A stretch of DNA of 60,516 nucleotides, the filler included, from Sphacelaria rigidula (Eukaryota), in assembly GCA_964200075.2 (NCBI GenBank). It is 3 parts of 3 records of this genome, joined end to end, with 100 filler letters (N's around TTAATTAATTAA, not from the genome) between each part and the next. Parts side by side here need not be neighbours in the genome. Positions count along the whole stretch, not along the records: positions 1 to 20,117 come from CAXNAA020000567.1; positions 20,218 to 40,322 come from CAXNAA020000568.1; 1 more part is not named here. One strand, written 5' to 3'. Each line of letters opens with the position of its first letter. The stretch's first letter is position 1. The position numbers and the translations under genes were made by a program. This document shows, piece after piece, positions 12,581 through 25,200 of the stretch. Under the pieces are notes generated by a model that was given only the letters and a program-made list of their open reading frames with translations, did not search any database and was not told where the DNA came from.

Positions 12581-15500
12581 GATACTCCACACAGAGTTCG
12601 GTACGTCAAAAGTGGTGCTACAGGGCGGATCGGTCGATAAACCTTCAACTGCGACTGCTACTCGGCGCGGTTGAACTCAACAGCATTCGTCCGTGTTTTC
12701 CTGCGTCTTCTCTTTGATTCGCGTGTGCTCATGCGCTCATGCAAACTGTGCTCTACTTCCTTCGGTAGGAGAAACGGTGGTGTGGGTTGTATCGTGAGCG
12801 TTCGTCGCTCACACGCTTTGATTCTGTGACTATTGAGCGATGGCTGAATGGATCAAATCCTCTCAAACTGAAACATTTGTTACCGCATACTCGTATCGAG
12901 AACGAAATCCAACGTTCCTGTAATGGTGGTGTGCGTCGTAACAAACGTTTAACAACTTGCCCTTTGTATAAAGAGAAATATCATTATTTCCAACTCTCTT
13001 CGTATCCACGACCCTGAGCCCATCTCAAACTCGAGATTCCCGATATATTTGACTGCAAATTACTTCAAATATATCGGGATCTTTGAGTTTTGAGATACCT
13101 CTACAGTACAGCACCTAGGTGCATTACATCAATGCAACCTCAATGCCCGGTGGAAACACTGGTGAACTGTATTTGCCATGCAGTGGGCGGACTCAGCTTT
13201 CTCTCCGAACTTGTCTGGGCGTGAGATGGTAAGGCAACGTAGACGGGCCGGACCCATCGATCCAGCGATAGAAACACCGTCACATTTTGGTACCGTATCC
13301 ATCATTCCCCGAAATCTGTACACACGAACCGCAGTTTGATGAGCAGTCGAGCAAGGACCAGAGAACCAAGACGCAGGGAGCAACCCAGGTTATAGGTTGT
13401 ACAGACAGGACAGCACGGCATCGTCCTCTCTGTAGCACAGCTATCGTGATGCGATCATTTGTCCTTGCCCGAGAGCCTCACAACACCACCCTCCACCTCA
13501 CTTTGCTGTTATCGACCGCTGATGTTTGGGAATCAACATCAGCAACTTCGAGGATATCGAGTACTGTCCGCACTGTCTGCAGGGTAGGGGCCCGAAGGCT
13601 ACACGTGAACGGGGCATGAAGAAGACTCCCCGTGATATCCTCGACGAGTGGGGCGGCGGGGAGTGGCCTGGAATGGCGGCGTATTACAAGTGAGGCTGGC
13701 ATGTGACGTTGGGAGTACTATGCATAGAACAGGATACGGTGTTGGCGCTGTAAGGATCGTCTCCCTGTGAAGTCGACATTGCGGACTGTCAGGATTGCTG
13801 TAACGGTCAACAGTTGTTCAAGTGTACATCTGCCCCGACTAACCGAACACTGCTCGCCGTCGAAATGTGTCTGGTCAACTGTGACCTCGAAACAGCGATC
13901 GCCTGGCTGAGAACGGCAACTTCCTCGAGCCGGACGAGATCGCGGTACGTCATGGAGTTTGCGGCGACCCCGAACAGGTGCAGTGCAACACAATTAACAC
14001 CTCGTACATGAAGACGACCCAACAGTACATCAATGGAATGTGCTCGTACGAAGTGCTGGTGACTGCTCGTCAACAAGTCTAGCGTATCGTGACATCATGA
14101 CGTCTGAGGGTGCCAAATCATCACCCGGGAACCTGTTGGGCCTTTTGCTGCGCATATTTTTTAGTACTGAACTACATCACAAGTGGCGATGGTACAGCAG
14201 AAGTAGTGTGTGGTACACAGCATAGCCGTGGTACGGCAGCACTTGTTTGTGGTCGAAATTTCCCGAGTTTGCTGGACGTGCAACGGACGTGCATATTTGC
14301 TTCGATATGCACATGACGCAAAATCTACTAGGGGTATATGTCGTGAAACGCAATAGTTCTACTTTGCAGTAGTCGCACCGGTGACCGCCCGTTTCAGAGG
14401 AGATCCGTCACCTGAAAGTACAGCTATTCGTTCCCAAATGACTACCGCGCCGTCGATGGGAGTAGAGCGTACACCAGTTGGGCGCCATTAAGGACCCACC
14501 TTAACGGGCTGGAATAAACAGCGTCGAGCACAGCAAGCACCCAAAAGCAGTACGCTGGTTGGTCACTCCGCCGCAACCAATCAACATGCTGCTTTCTGAA
14601 TGCTTACTTCGCTCCTCACTATTTTCTTTCAGCTCGATAGAAGACACGGCCTAAGCAATGTTTGAAATTCATTCTTATCAGGGAGCCTGGGTCTCGGGGA
14701 TCCTCATGTCATCAATCGAACTCGTTGTGTTCGGCTGGTGGGTACATTTCGAAATATAAACATACAGCACGAGCAACAACAAACGCCCTTGAAATAGACC
14801 CCCCCCACGTCTGGATACAACATATCTTTATGCCACGGATATTTCTCATGCGTGCATGAGTCCTTCGTATCGAATTGACATGTCGGCCTAAAACCGTGAA
14901 AACGTCCGAAAACGTTGGGCTGTACCATACGAGTTGAAACAGTCGCCCGTAAATGTACTCGATACACTTTTTGGTCGAAACAAGACCCTCACAGGCATGT
15001 AGGCGTCAAATCATGCCTTTCATTCTCATTTTGCGCTGCCCTTCTGTCACCCCCTCGTTCCGTTCTTGACAGAATGCAGACGAGGTTAGCAACACCTACA
15101 GCCGGGAGAACAAGCACTACCCGGTTCTCGACTCGTATGAGGAGGGCACGATTATCGAGATGAAGGTGGCCATGAGCGTGTACCACTGGGTGAGGCAACA
15201 AATATCCTGTATGGACGTACCTGGTTTCAACAACACCACGTTAGTTGTCATTTATATTTGTTGGCTTCTCTGTGTTGAAAGTTCAACGATTCTCGAGTAA
15301 AACCCATCATGCCGGGATGTTACACGAAGGCTTGGTGCTGCATCTGTTCTCCCTGGTCACTTCCTGATATTGAGTAGTCGGCAGACAAGTAAGCAACGCA
15401 ACATGCGCTGTGCGGCGCGCCTCTTTTTTGCGGTCTCTCCCACCGCAGCATATCCCGACTTATTTCTCACCATTTTCTGCATCCCCCCCCCTCCACCCGA

Positions 15501-17023
15501 TCTCCTCTGCGCGCGCATCTGCTGTGCTCAGGGTCACCTAGAGTTCTTTATCTGCAACTCGGAGGACCAATCCGACGGACCAGAGGGCGTCGTGAACCAG
15601 GGATGCTTCAATATGTACCCCCTTACCCGCGCTAGTGATGACAGTGATGCGAGTCCCATTGATCCGGACTACCCGGGTCGTTACTATGTGGACCCCCCTT
15701 GCCGCGAGGATGAAACGGATCAGACCAAACCTGATGGAGCCGAACCGGGTCCAATCAACACCGCGCGCTACCAGCTGCCCGAGGGCTTGATCTGCGAACG
15801 GTGCATCGTCCAGATGGTGTACTGTGAGTTGTACCTTGCGATAGTTTCATGTAGTCAAGTGGCCCTTTGAAAAAGATTGGGCCTACACACGGTCGGGCCT
15901 CCTGGCCATTTAGCGGACGCAGAATGGATAGCCATGTGGGGGTACAGTATTCGGAATAGTTGGAATTCGGTTTTTCAACATCGTGGCACTTGAAGAGCGA
16001 ATTACGTGAACGAGAGGCGTAGACACGACGGCACCGGCTGCTAGTACATGTCGCCATGCCGTACATGTACACTACGAAGACCAGTGCACAGAGCAGAACA
16101 TTACGAAACACAAAAAACAGCGTGCAGTCCTCTTTCTCAGCGTGATGTATTTCGTCCGCTACTCGAGGGTTTCCCAACCAATCCCTATCCCCACCCCCCG
16201 GTTGGTCTCTTACACGTCGAACCACCCCTCGTCCCCCTTCCCCCCATTTCCCCCTTCGTCTCCCCCGCCCGCCCGACGCAACAAACTTCGATTTCAGACA
16301 CCTCGCACAAGTGCACATATCCCGGATACCGTGAGTTCAACCCCCCCTCGTGGCCGTCCGGGTGTGCTGACAACAAAGAAGCGTGGTTTGACCTGGGCCC
16401 CGAGCTGTGCGAGGATGGACTGTACCCTGAAGAATTCTGGAACTGTGCGGATATCTCCATCACTCCCAGTAAGTTGCGCCTTAATGGCACCACACGTGTC
16501 TGAGGAGTTGATTGCAGTTTGCATCCAAAGCATCTCTGCTCCTTGCAATCGCATGAACACAGGAGGCAACAGCCGTGAGAGGTATGATTGCTTTTTGTTT
16601 TCAAGGCGCCTAAATCGTGTGTACTCCGCCAACAAAAAAAAAGCACGCTTCTGAGCACACACGTGATGTCGACCTAGTCGCACTCGAGTCTAACTTCCGT
16701 TATCGCCCGCCTTTTTACCAAAACGCTTGGTAGGAGGAGGATCGAGGCCAAGGCCCTCCCCGACACCAGACAGCGACGACAGCAACGACAGAAATTTCGC
16801 TGAAATACTGTCTCAACCAGAGTCGGTTCCCGCACCCGCTCCTGAGGAAGCACCAGAACCTACACCTGAGCCGGAGGTGATCACCAACAACACCGGGGGT
16901 GGTGACTGTGCCAAAACCTGGAAGCAGTGTGATGGCGAGGGCTTCGAAGGTCCACACTGCTGTGGAGACGGGGAGGAGTGTGAGTTCAAGAACACGTGGT
17001 ACTCTCAGTGCGTTCCTGTGTAA
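11863..17023 (+). CDS. Secreted lytic polysaccharide monooxygenase (AA15-like) with Pro/Glu linker and C-terminal CBM1; 7 exons, 414 aa
   Basis: join(11863..12008,13543..13689,13896..13977,15073..15189,15532..15823,16298..16468,16734..17023) = 1245 nt. All introns are GT-AG with matching phases (2,2,0,0,1,1). Signal peptide MVHSATMLAAAGLTTVAIFQTLPSEVDG is followed by His1 (HAYLMSPVSRN). Further motifs: EYCPHC, HGVCGDP, second His in YHWGHLEFFIC, YQLPEGLICERCIVQMVY, EEFWNCADISI. The linker PESVPAPAPEEAPEPTPEPE precedes CBM1 CAKTWKQCDGEGFEGPHCCGDGEECEFKNTWYSQCVP. Confidence 0.92.
12532..12579. repeat. (AC)n microsatellite in LPMO intron 1
   Basis: Uninterrupted AC run read directly. Confidence 0.95.
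13022..13096. repeat. Intronic hairpin with an imperfect stem of about 31 bp
   Basis: ATCTCAAACTCGAGATTCCCGATATATTTGA, 12-nt loop, TCAAATATATCGGGATCTTTGAGTTTTGAGAT. Confidence 0.75.
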
Positions 17024-19639
17024 TATGTGGGATATACCTGGGAGTAGTACATCAATTGAAGAATTGGAAGTAGGACAAGAAAAATATGTGACCCAAATTG
17101 GGAACTAATTGAAATTGTGCGAATGGAGATAGAGATGAACGGCGCATGTGGGGGGAGAGGGTGAGGGGGGGGGGGGGAGAGGGTACGTTGGTGTGTGTGG
17201 ATGTTTGAAAAAAAGTCGTCATACCTTGGCGTGTTTAATGTAAGGAACAGTTTGAGGTGAAAAATCCAAGTGTTAAGGGCATACGGAAAATATATCTCGT
17301 CGGCTTGTGAAAATGTAAGGAAACCTGTCTACGGTACAAATGAGGCATTGCAGTGAGGAGGGGGCGGTGACGCTGCGTGCGACTGTAACAAAGGCGAGGG
17401 TCGACCTTGAATGTTCTGTGTGGAGTATGCGTGCGTGTGTGTGTGCTGTTTTGTGGCTGTTGCATGGGTGGTGTTGAATACATTTGTGATGTGAAGGGCT
17501 TCAGCAGCCAATCGACGGCTTTAGGAAATTGTTACGCTGTATTTCGTGCGTGCTAGAAAGGTTCGTATGAACGTGTTTGTGTATTCATGTTATGTCGTTT
17601 TTACAGAAAGGACGTCGTTGGCTACACCGGCAGCGGGTCGGGAAAACTCGAGTGAATGTGCATACATGATGTATCGTGTTTTTCTATACAACGGACGTCA
17701 TCGACCACAATAGCCGAGGATCGGGAGGAACACGAGTAAATGTGCATACATGTTTTTACGAGAGTGGCGCGTGCGGGGGGGAGGTTGAGGGGGGTGATAT
17801 TGTGACATCGGGTGTATTCTTTTCATGATTTGTTTTGTTGATTGTAAGTGATCGTGTGCATTTCGCTGTGGGGATTGTTCTGGAGGGGGTGGTGAAGTTA
17901 TATTTGTACCGTGACGTGTTCAATCTTTGTCGAGTATGATAGATACTAGCGAGTCCGCCTATGTAATCCAGGGTCAGATTAGGCCAAACTGTCTTTTCTA
18001 TTTTTGTTGCGCAGGACAGTACCGTACAATGACACGTTGCTCTCGAGCAGAGTCGAGAGGATTTTTACGCTACTTGAAGTGGTGTAGCACGCATTGTACT
18101 CAACGAACTCATGTGGTGGTTCATGTATGGGTGAGAGTAGTCTTCTGTGTGAGAGTCGCCCTCACGCCATGCCAGTTCGTTTCGATAAAAATGCTGACTG
18201 CTCAGCCGTGCTTTGTTGACCGTCGGGTCATGTGTGTGATATTCACGATATGTTTGTTGACTACGTTGTGCCACGTACACGTGAAGAATGTGTTCCCTTG
18301 CGCAGTGGATTGAAATTAGTGGAAGTCAGGCTAGTTTATTTTATTTACTTTTAGTTTCTCGGAAATCGGCCCGTATTTCGGAGAGAAGTATATAGATTTA
18401 TCGATGTTTGTCCCTTGTTCCTGAGTGCATGTGCAGCATGTGAGGTGTGCTTGATATGTTGCTGTTTCGGTATGCCAAAAATTGAGATCGCTCGACAGTA
18501 CCAAGATGCAACAGTGTTTTATCGTCGTTCGACCCTTGGACCGAGATGCGGGTAGTCCACCCAGATCGCATACTTTTTCGAAGTGGAATTGATGCCGATT
18601 CAGTAGTCGACATATCCTCGCGGTCAAGGGGATAGCAACAAAGCGTCCTGGACCGTTGGAAGCGAAGTGATGGTGGGGTGTGCATGTACTATGGTGTAAT
18701 GTTGATTCAGAACAAACTTGGGGAGGAGTGCACCTACATGTTACGGTCGCCGTAATCCTCAACTGTTTTGTAGCCATTTGCACACAGTACCCAGATTTGT
18801 GTTGGGGGTGGTGGGGTAGGTGGGCTCGGGTGGAGGATCGATGGATGAAGATCTTACTTGCTCCACTTTCTTGGTTGTCGTATGGTGTTTTATGCAGTTA
18901 TTGCGGCAGTTGGATAATACCAAGACAAACGAACATCGCCGAGGTCCGGCAACGAAATGTTTTAACGAAGTACAATGATGCTGAAAAAACGTAGCGCGGC
19001 GTCAATATACCTTGTGTACACGGGAGAGACTGCCGTCCTGATGCCAAAGGAACTTTGAGGCAGGCGACGATCACCTCTTGTTTATGTCAGCAAGAAGGGG
19101 TCAGTCAGACGAGGTGTGGTCGCCAAGGGCGACCAGATCCTCGGGGGATGTTGGACCGTCTTCATCTTCGGCTCTCTGGTATCACCCCGTTGTCTGCTTT
19201 CGTTGGTATGACAGGGTCCGCGGCAATCTGGTCCTTCAGAACCGTTCCTACCTTCTCCCTGCTTGCGCTGGTTCCTCATATATGAGTGTTCTCAAGTCTC
19301 TGATATGTCACTGAACAATAGAGGTGTCTTCCACATGTGACCTCGAAACCCGAACCAGCAATCCTCGCGGCGTAGTGTCCGCGGGCAGCGCGGATGGGAG
19401 TAGTGTCGGCCCCACGTACACCTCGCCGCTGATATCATACTGCCGGCAAAGGTGACACATGAACACACGCGCGGTCGGGATCATTGGTGTAAGCTACAAC
19501 TGGCACATCAGATATAAGTCGCGGGTGGTCAAATCCGATCCAGTACCTGCACGTCGGCCATTCACGCGGACTAAGGATCGCGATACTTCGAGCAAGTATT
19601 CGTTTTTTTTCATTTTTTTCCACTGGATTAAGGCGTTCT

Positions 19640-20003
19640 ATTATGGTGAAGACCATTTCTTCCCGAGAACGCCTTGACCTTCACCAATATGTTTTAATAT
19701 AGGCCCATTTTGTTCTTTATTCGGTACTCTTTTGTGGTCCTCCACACCAAAATTCATCGCCATCCCTAAATGCATCGATCGGGAGTGTCACAGAGATTTT
19801 ACTATTGGCGCTATCCCCCTCAGGTATAGGAATCACCTGACATGGGGTTTTATCAACGAGAAAATATAGGTTCAAACGTTTGAGCAGACGGGCACCTTGC
19901 TCTCGACTAGACGATTGATACGATATGCGGATCACGGCCCAACTCGTCTGTGTCGAGATATTGTTTTGAGAGCTCAAATCCGTTTTCAGGCTTGCCCAGC
20001 TCG
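19640..20003 (-). mobile_element. MITE family M, partial inverted copy (left end)
   Basis: Reverse complement of the left end of the 54814 copy (...GATATGCGGATCACGGCCCAACTCGTCTGTGTCGAGA...AAATCCGTTTTCAGGCTTGCCCAGCTCG-TA). Inner boundary is approximate. Confidence 0.75.
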
Positions 20004-20117
20004 TACAGCAGTAGTGTCGGCGGTTGGGCTCGGGATTTAGTCAGTCATATATCCCGCAACGTTTACGGTTGACCGTGTCACGATATCCTCCGACCTACTC
20101 TAGCACGCCACTCAGGC

Positions 20118-20217
20118 NNNNNNNNNNNNNNNNNNNNNNNNNNNNNNNNNNNNNNNNNNNNTTAATTAATTAANNNNNNNNNNNNNNNNNNNNNNNNNNN
20201 NNNNNNNNNNNNNNNNN
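20118..20217. other. Scaffold gap with artificial TTAATTAATTAA linker
   Basis: N44-TTAATTAATTAA-N44 = 100 bp, identical to the gap at 40323-40422. Confidence 0.95.
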
Positions 20218-20280
20218 ATTGACCGCTTTTCACTCTCAATCGTATCATCTACTCTCAATCTCACGAAAACATTGTTTAAT

Positions 20281-20369
20281 ACGATATGCGGATCACGGCC
20301 CAACTTGTCTGTGTGGTTGAGATATCGCTTTTAGAGCTTAAATCCATTTCTAGGCGCTGGCCCAGCTCG
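20281..20369 (-). mobile_element. MITE family M, short left-end fragment
   Basis: ACGATATGCGGATCACGGCCCAACTTGTCTGTGT...TAGGCGCTGGCCCAGCTCG-TA. Confidence 0.7.
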
Positions 20370-21155
20370 TAGCTGTGGCCCTTGATATTCCTGGGTAGCA
20401 TATCAACGTGTAGTTGTAAGCACATACATGCCAATCAATGGTGGGGGCAAAGAAAAGCACACATTGAATGAAAGATTGGTCAAGTTAAAGCGAATGATCA
20501 AAACCACTCTCAATCAGCGCGCTCTACTCTCAATCTCACGAAAACGTCGAATTGTGCACATGTGTGCATGCGTTCATCGCTGCTACTTCAGTCCCTGCTA
20601 CACGCCTCTTCTAATTTCCTGTGAAACTCGTGCTATACGCAAACCCCGAAAAAAAAAGAATAAAATGCGCGAAAGGACCCAGGGTCCAGCGTCCTACACG
20701 TTCACGTGCAGATTTTAATTTATTCGTACGTCGAAAGTTAAGCTACCCTGTAGGCTGCTAGTAATACGGTGGGGGATTACGTGTGGAGCCCTGATTTGAC
20801 TTCACTTCTGAACGCAGAGCTCCCCACGTGGTCCCCGTCCCCAACCACCGTAGTACTACCCTGGCTTCACTTTGACCTGAAAAATGAAACGTGAAACGTG
20901 AACGTGTAACGTGTAGGGCCCGGAAAGGAGGTCTGTCTGTCCACAGGTTTTTTGCCCGGGGAAATCGCAAGCCTGCGCTGTCCTATGGAAATTTGCGCCA
21001 GGCAATCCCATTTATCCTCAACCCTCTTTAAAATCTGCTGTATGTGTTCTCTGAAAATCTGCGACATATTTCGGTTCTCCTCCTCCTTTTTTCGCGGTCA
21101 TTTTTCTGCGCAACAGTACGTACGGAATTCTGTTTTCTCTGCGGCCGCAGATAAC

Positions 21156-21835
21156 ATGGATGTTGTATTGGGGATGAGAAACCCGGTGAATTAAAATCTT
21201 AGTATCCACACCAAACTTTCCACAAGTCGGGCAGCTCACGAGCTACCTGAATATTACGTCTTATTAGCGTACTGATGCGGATCATGAGCTAGCCCATTTG
21301 GCCACTAGTTCCGTGTGAGCTCCCGACAGCGATGGACGCCAAGCACCCGATGTAGCGGGAAGGTAACGCTTTGGCTTCTCGGACACTGCTGTCACGTGTT
21401 TTGTAATTTCGTACAATAGATCTGAGAGTTCTCTTCGATTAGTTATTTCATGTAGCTCATGAGCTGTCCCACGTGTGAAATCTTCGAGATATGGTTCCAC
21501 GTGTTCACCTACTGATAGCTATTGACAACTGCTACACGCAAAAGAAATTTGGATTTCGATCACCGAAATGTTGGTGTCCTCGGTAAAAAGCTAATTTCGG
21601 AACCATTTTGGCGTCCGTTCAGACACCCGGAATTCCCCAAAACTGTTTTTTCACCTATTATAGGACCCCAATATTTCGGTGATCGAAATCCAACTTTCTT
21701 TGGTGTGTAGCAATTGTTAATGGCTATCAGTAGGTGAACAAATGGAACCATATTTCGAAGATTTAAACCTTCAGATTTGGTGCGGATACGAAGATTTTAA
21801 TTCTCCGGGTTTATCATCCCCAATAAAAGATCCAT
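21156..21835. repeat. Nested inverted repeat (foldback/MITE-like) upstream of the lipocalin gene
   Basis: Outer arms 21156-21215 and 21776-21835. Inner arms about 21478-21580 and 21662-21764 (AAATCTTCGAGATATGGTTCCAC... / ...TGGAACCATATTTCGAAGATTT). Confidence 0.8.
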
Positions 21836-22237
21836 CCCCAATTTGTAAGATCCCGTGTAATTATATGGACTTATAGTCTGCCCGCATACATGGGGAGAGT
21901 AATGATACCCTCGGCAAAACTAACCTGAACGTTGATGGGGAACATCTTGGGAACATTCACCGACCGAATAGACGAATGATGACGTACGGGCACGCGTAGC
22001 AACACGTTGGTAACGGCGCCGCGGTTATGGTTCAGCCGAGCTTCGGGTATACATGCCGTCGTGATGCAGTATGTTTTGTGTCGATCCACGTGGAAATCCT
22101 GTCACTCGAGACCAACTCCAACATAACTGGTCGCACACCCTTACCGACTCACCTCGACGGTTTGACTGTACTTGAGCACTCATCGTTATTCCAGTTGTTT
22201 TGGATTCCTTCTCAATACGAGGAACGAAATCATCATC

Positions 22238-25200
22238 ATGCGTAACAGCGTCCTGTTTGTTGCTGCGGCGAGCCTGCTGGGTTGGAAGGCGCCCGGAACT
22301 TCTGCTATTGACACCGTCGACAGCTTCGATAAGAACAAGTACTTGGGAAAATGGTTCCAGGCAAGTGCATGTATGATACCCTTCTCATGGGTAGTCTTCT
22401 GGTGTATATGTGTGCTTGTGTTGTGAGAATTGATCGTTGCTGCTGTACACGGCACATCTACTCGTACTTGTACTTGCCCCATAATTGTCGTGTGCCTGGC
22501 TCGGTGCCGGCCGCAGCTCCTCAGTTGAACGTCAAGACTCTGCCGACAGCCGTTGTTTTATCTGAGTCATTGGCCCGATGGCGTGAGGCAAGCATGGTCA
22601 TGGAGTCCGTATGCATACATTATATCCTGATACGCTGTCCTGGTGGGTATCCTGTAATGGGAGAAGAAAGAATTGATCGCATCGGCAGCAGGCTTTTCAT
22701 GGATCGAAATGACGAATGACCTGTTACTTGTCGTGTTCACGAACACGATTAGTACGTGCTGACTGTATCGTCGGTGATCCGTGTCATGTGCTTCATCAGC
22801 AGACCTCTACTCTATATTAGTACGGCGATGAGAAATGGCAGTCTGTGGGACGGAAGGCTGTGGTGGCGATTGAGCATGGGCCTGCACGTTTTCCTTTCTC
22901 TGTGATGTACCGAACAGTGTCTCACCGATCATGGGTGATTCGCGTAGCTTGTCCAACCACCCGTGCCGACTTTCCTGTAGTACGATTCGAGCACTGACGG
23001 AATTGCCCCGTACAGTAAGTATGGAGAGAATGTGTGCCCCGTTTTCCCGTTTTTGTGTCTGTTGTACGGCAGCGTTGCTCTGTCTGGGCATCACCCCTAA
23101 CTTCACACCGAACCGACAGGTATCTGTTCCTCGTGAGTCAGACATTGATGCTTGTTCCCTTCTATATTCCAACGGTGATGACGTTCGCTCTGTCCCGACT
23201 GTTGTAGCCTCAACTCTGCCCTGACTGTTTTGCCCTATCGCCGTGCCTTCCGCCCCCCCCCCTGTTTTGTGTCGCCCGCTCTACTGTTGTACCCACACAG
23301 TTGTATAGCAATGAGTTTACTTCAATGTTCGTCTCCCAAGACAGCACGTGCGTTGCAGCTGACTACGGCCTGGTGGGTGAACTTTTTCTGGTCCACGTTC
23401 GTTTTTACTTGACATTTCTTCCAAATCCCTTCGCCAACAATTTACTGTAGTAGTGTGTTGTACGGAAGTATCTACAGCACAATGCTGAACCATGAATTAT
23501 ACACCATGTGGTGGTCTATCTTATTACCCTGTTATGATGTATCCCCGTGTAGACCGCGTTTTTGGCATCGGATATCTCGATCTTTCTTTGAAATGATGAA
23601 TGCGTCATTGCTGTGCTGTATGCGCATATTGTCGGCATATTTCTCCACGGTGTTCGACTGCACCGTGCTGACCAAGGCAATGCACGACCGGTTCAGTAGT
23701 TTACTGCGAACGTTGTACTGTCAGCTGCTCGTGCGGCGAACTGTTGGGTCTGCCCTAGATACACGCATGGCTATGACCATCTGCAGTCGTCGGTGGCACC
23801 AAAGAGCAACTTCTCGGTTTCAGTATGAACAACATTCCACACTCACTCATGAAAAAGTTTTCTTGACGGCATCACACATCTTCCGAATAATCGATACAGG
23901 AGTACAGACGACGGTATTATTTTTTCAAGATGTGATCATAAATCCCAAACGGTTCGAAGGTCATAGGTCCCCTCTCTCAGCGCACGTTCCACGTATTCGC
24001 TTTCCAGACACTACAGCTGTGTCTGAATCCAGATTCAGCTGCGCTCGATTTGCGGTATGAGACTAGAACACGATGATGGGCCATGATATGCAGTGACTCC
24101 CGACAAGGTGATGGTTTCGCAGGCCGCACCCCAACCCCTGGTCCAATCGGAATGTACTGGATCGTCTCTACCAGGGTGCGCTTGCCTGTACAGGCAGTCG
24201 TACTTGTGCGTTCTGTGTGTCATATCGTGGACAGAAGAACCTAAGATGATATCGTTCGAAACTGCCGACAGGACGAGCAAACGGGCAACATCACGGTGAT
24301 CAACTCATCTCGCTTGATCTGCCCCACCGGCGAGCTCAGCACAATCACCGGGTGAGAATGTACGAGTAAAGCTGGATTCACGAACCTCAGTTTCTGCATC
24401 AGTTTCACGACTAAACTCTTATCGTAGCCCTGTCGTATGAGCGCAAGGGCGGGGAAATCTGTTAATGACTCACTGTGAAAAGATACCCAAACCCGCGGCT
24501 GCAGCAGAGTTTACCGGCGTTGAGCTACAAATATTCATGGTTGATATTACTTGATTTTGGTGTGAACAACAATAATCGGAATTTTAGTGGGGCTGACAGC
24601 CCCGCGTTCTCCTCGCGTGCGCGGAACGCGTTTTCTCGTCGGTACACTGACCTTTCCCCAGTTGAGCCATTTATCTAATTCCCCCCTTATTGATATTTCG
24701 TATTGGAGGGTGCTTGGCCAAGTATTCATGCACATATGCCATACTTCGACCAATGCGCTGTCGAGTAGGCTACAAATAGCCCCGGAGGTATTTTTTATTT
24801 TGTATTTTCATGTCACGTTCCCTTCGAGACAAGCACCGTACCGCAATTCTGGGTTCTGCACGCCCCTGTTGTGTTGTGTTGATTGTGTGCAGTACGACTC
24901 GTACACTGTTTTATGATCCAGTATGGCATATCCTTGTGTCACATATGTTTCACGCGTAGGCGTGTGTGGTCACACAACGATCCAAACCGATCAATACAAC
25001 GTCGAAGCTGCAGCCGCCCTCCCGTCGTGTTTTGTCTACTCTGTTCATGACGTCTTGTCCTCTATGCAAGGGTCTGTCAAAAATACATTTTCGAACACGT
25101 GGGCCCCAAGATCGAAAATCCGAGTAATTGAGGGGGGGCGAAGGGGGGAACCCAACCTGCTGCCCTATGGTTTATTGCCGAGGCGTCGGCGGATGCGATT

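Noticed and set aside
15755-16995. Long minus-strand ORFs over the LPMO gene
   Set aside because: Antisense shadows of GC-rich exons and a pyrimidine tract.
20162-20173. TTAATTAATTAA palindrome, repeated at 40367-40378
   Set aside because: Centred in identical 100-bp N gaps; an artificial scaffolding linker with stops in all frames.
23455-24060. 201-aa ORF
   Set aside because: Lies in lipocalin intron 2, has no recognisable motif, and exons 2 and 3 join in frame without it.
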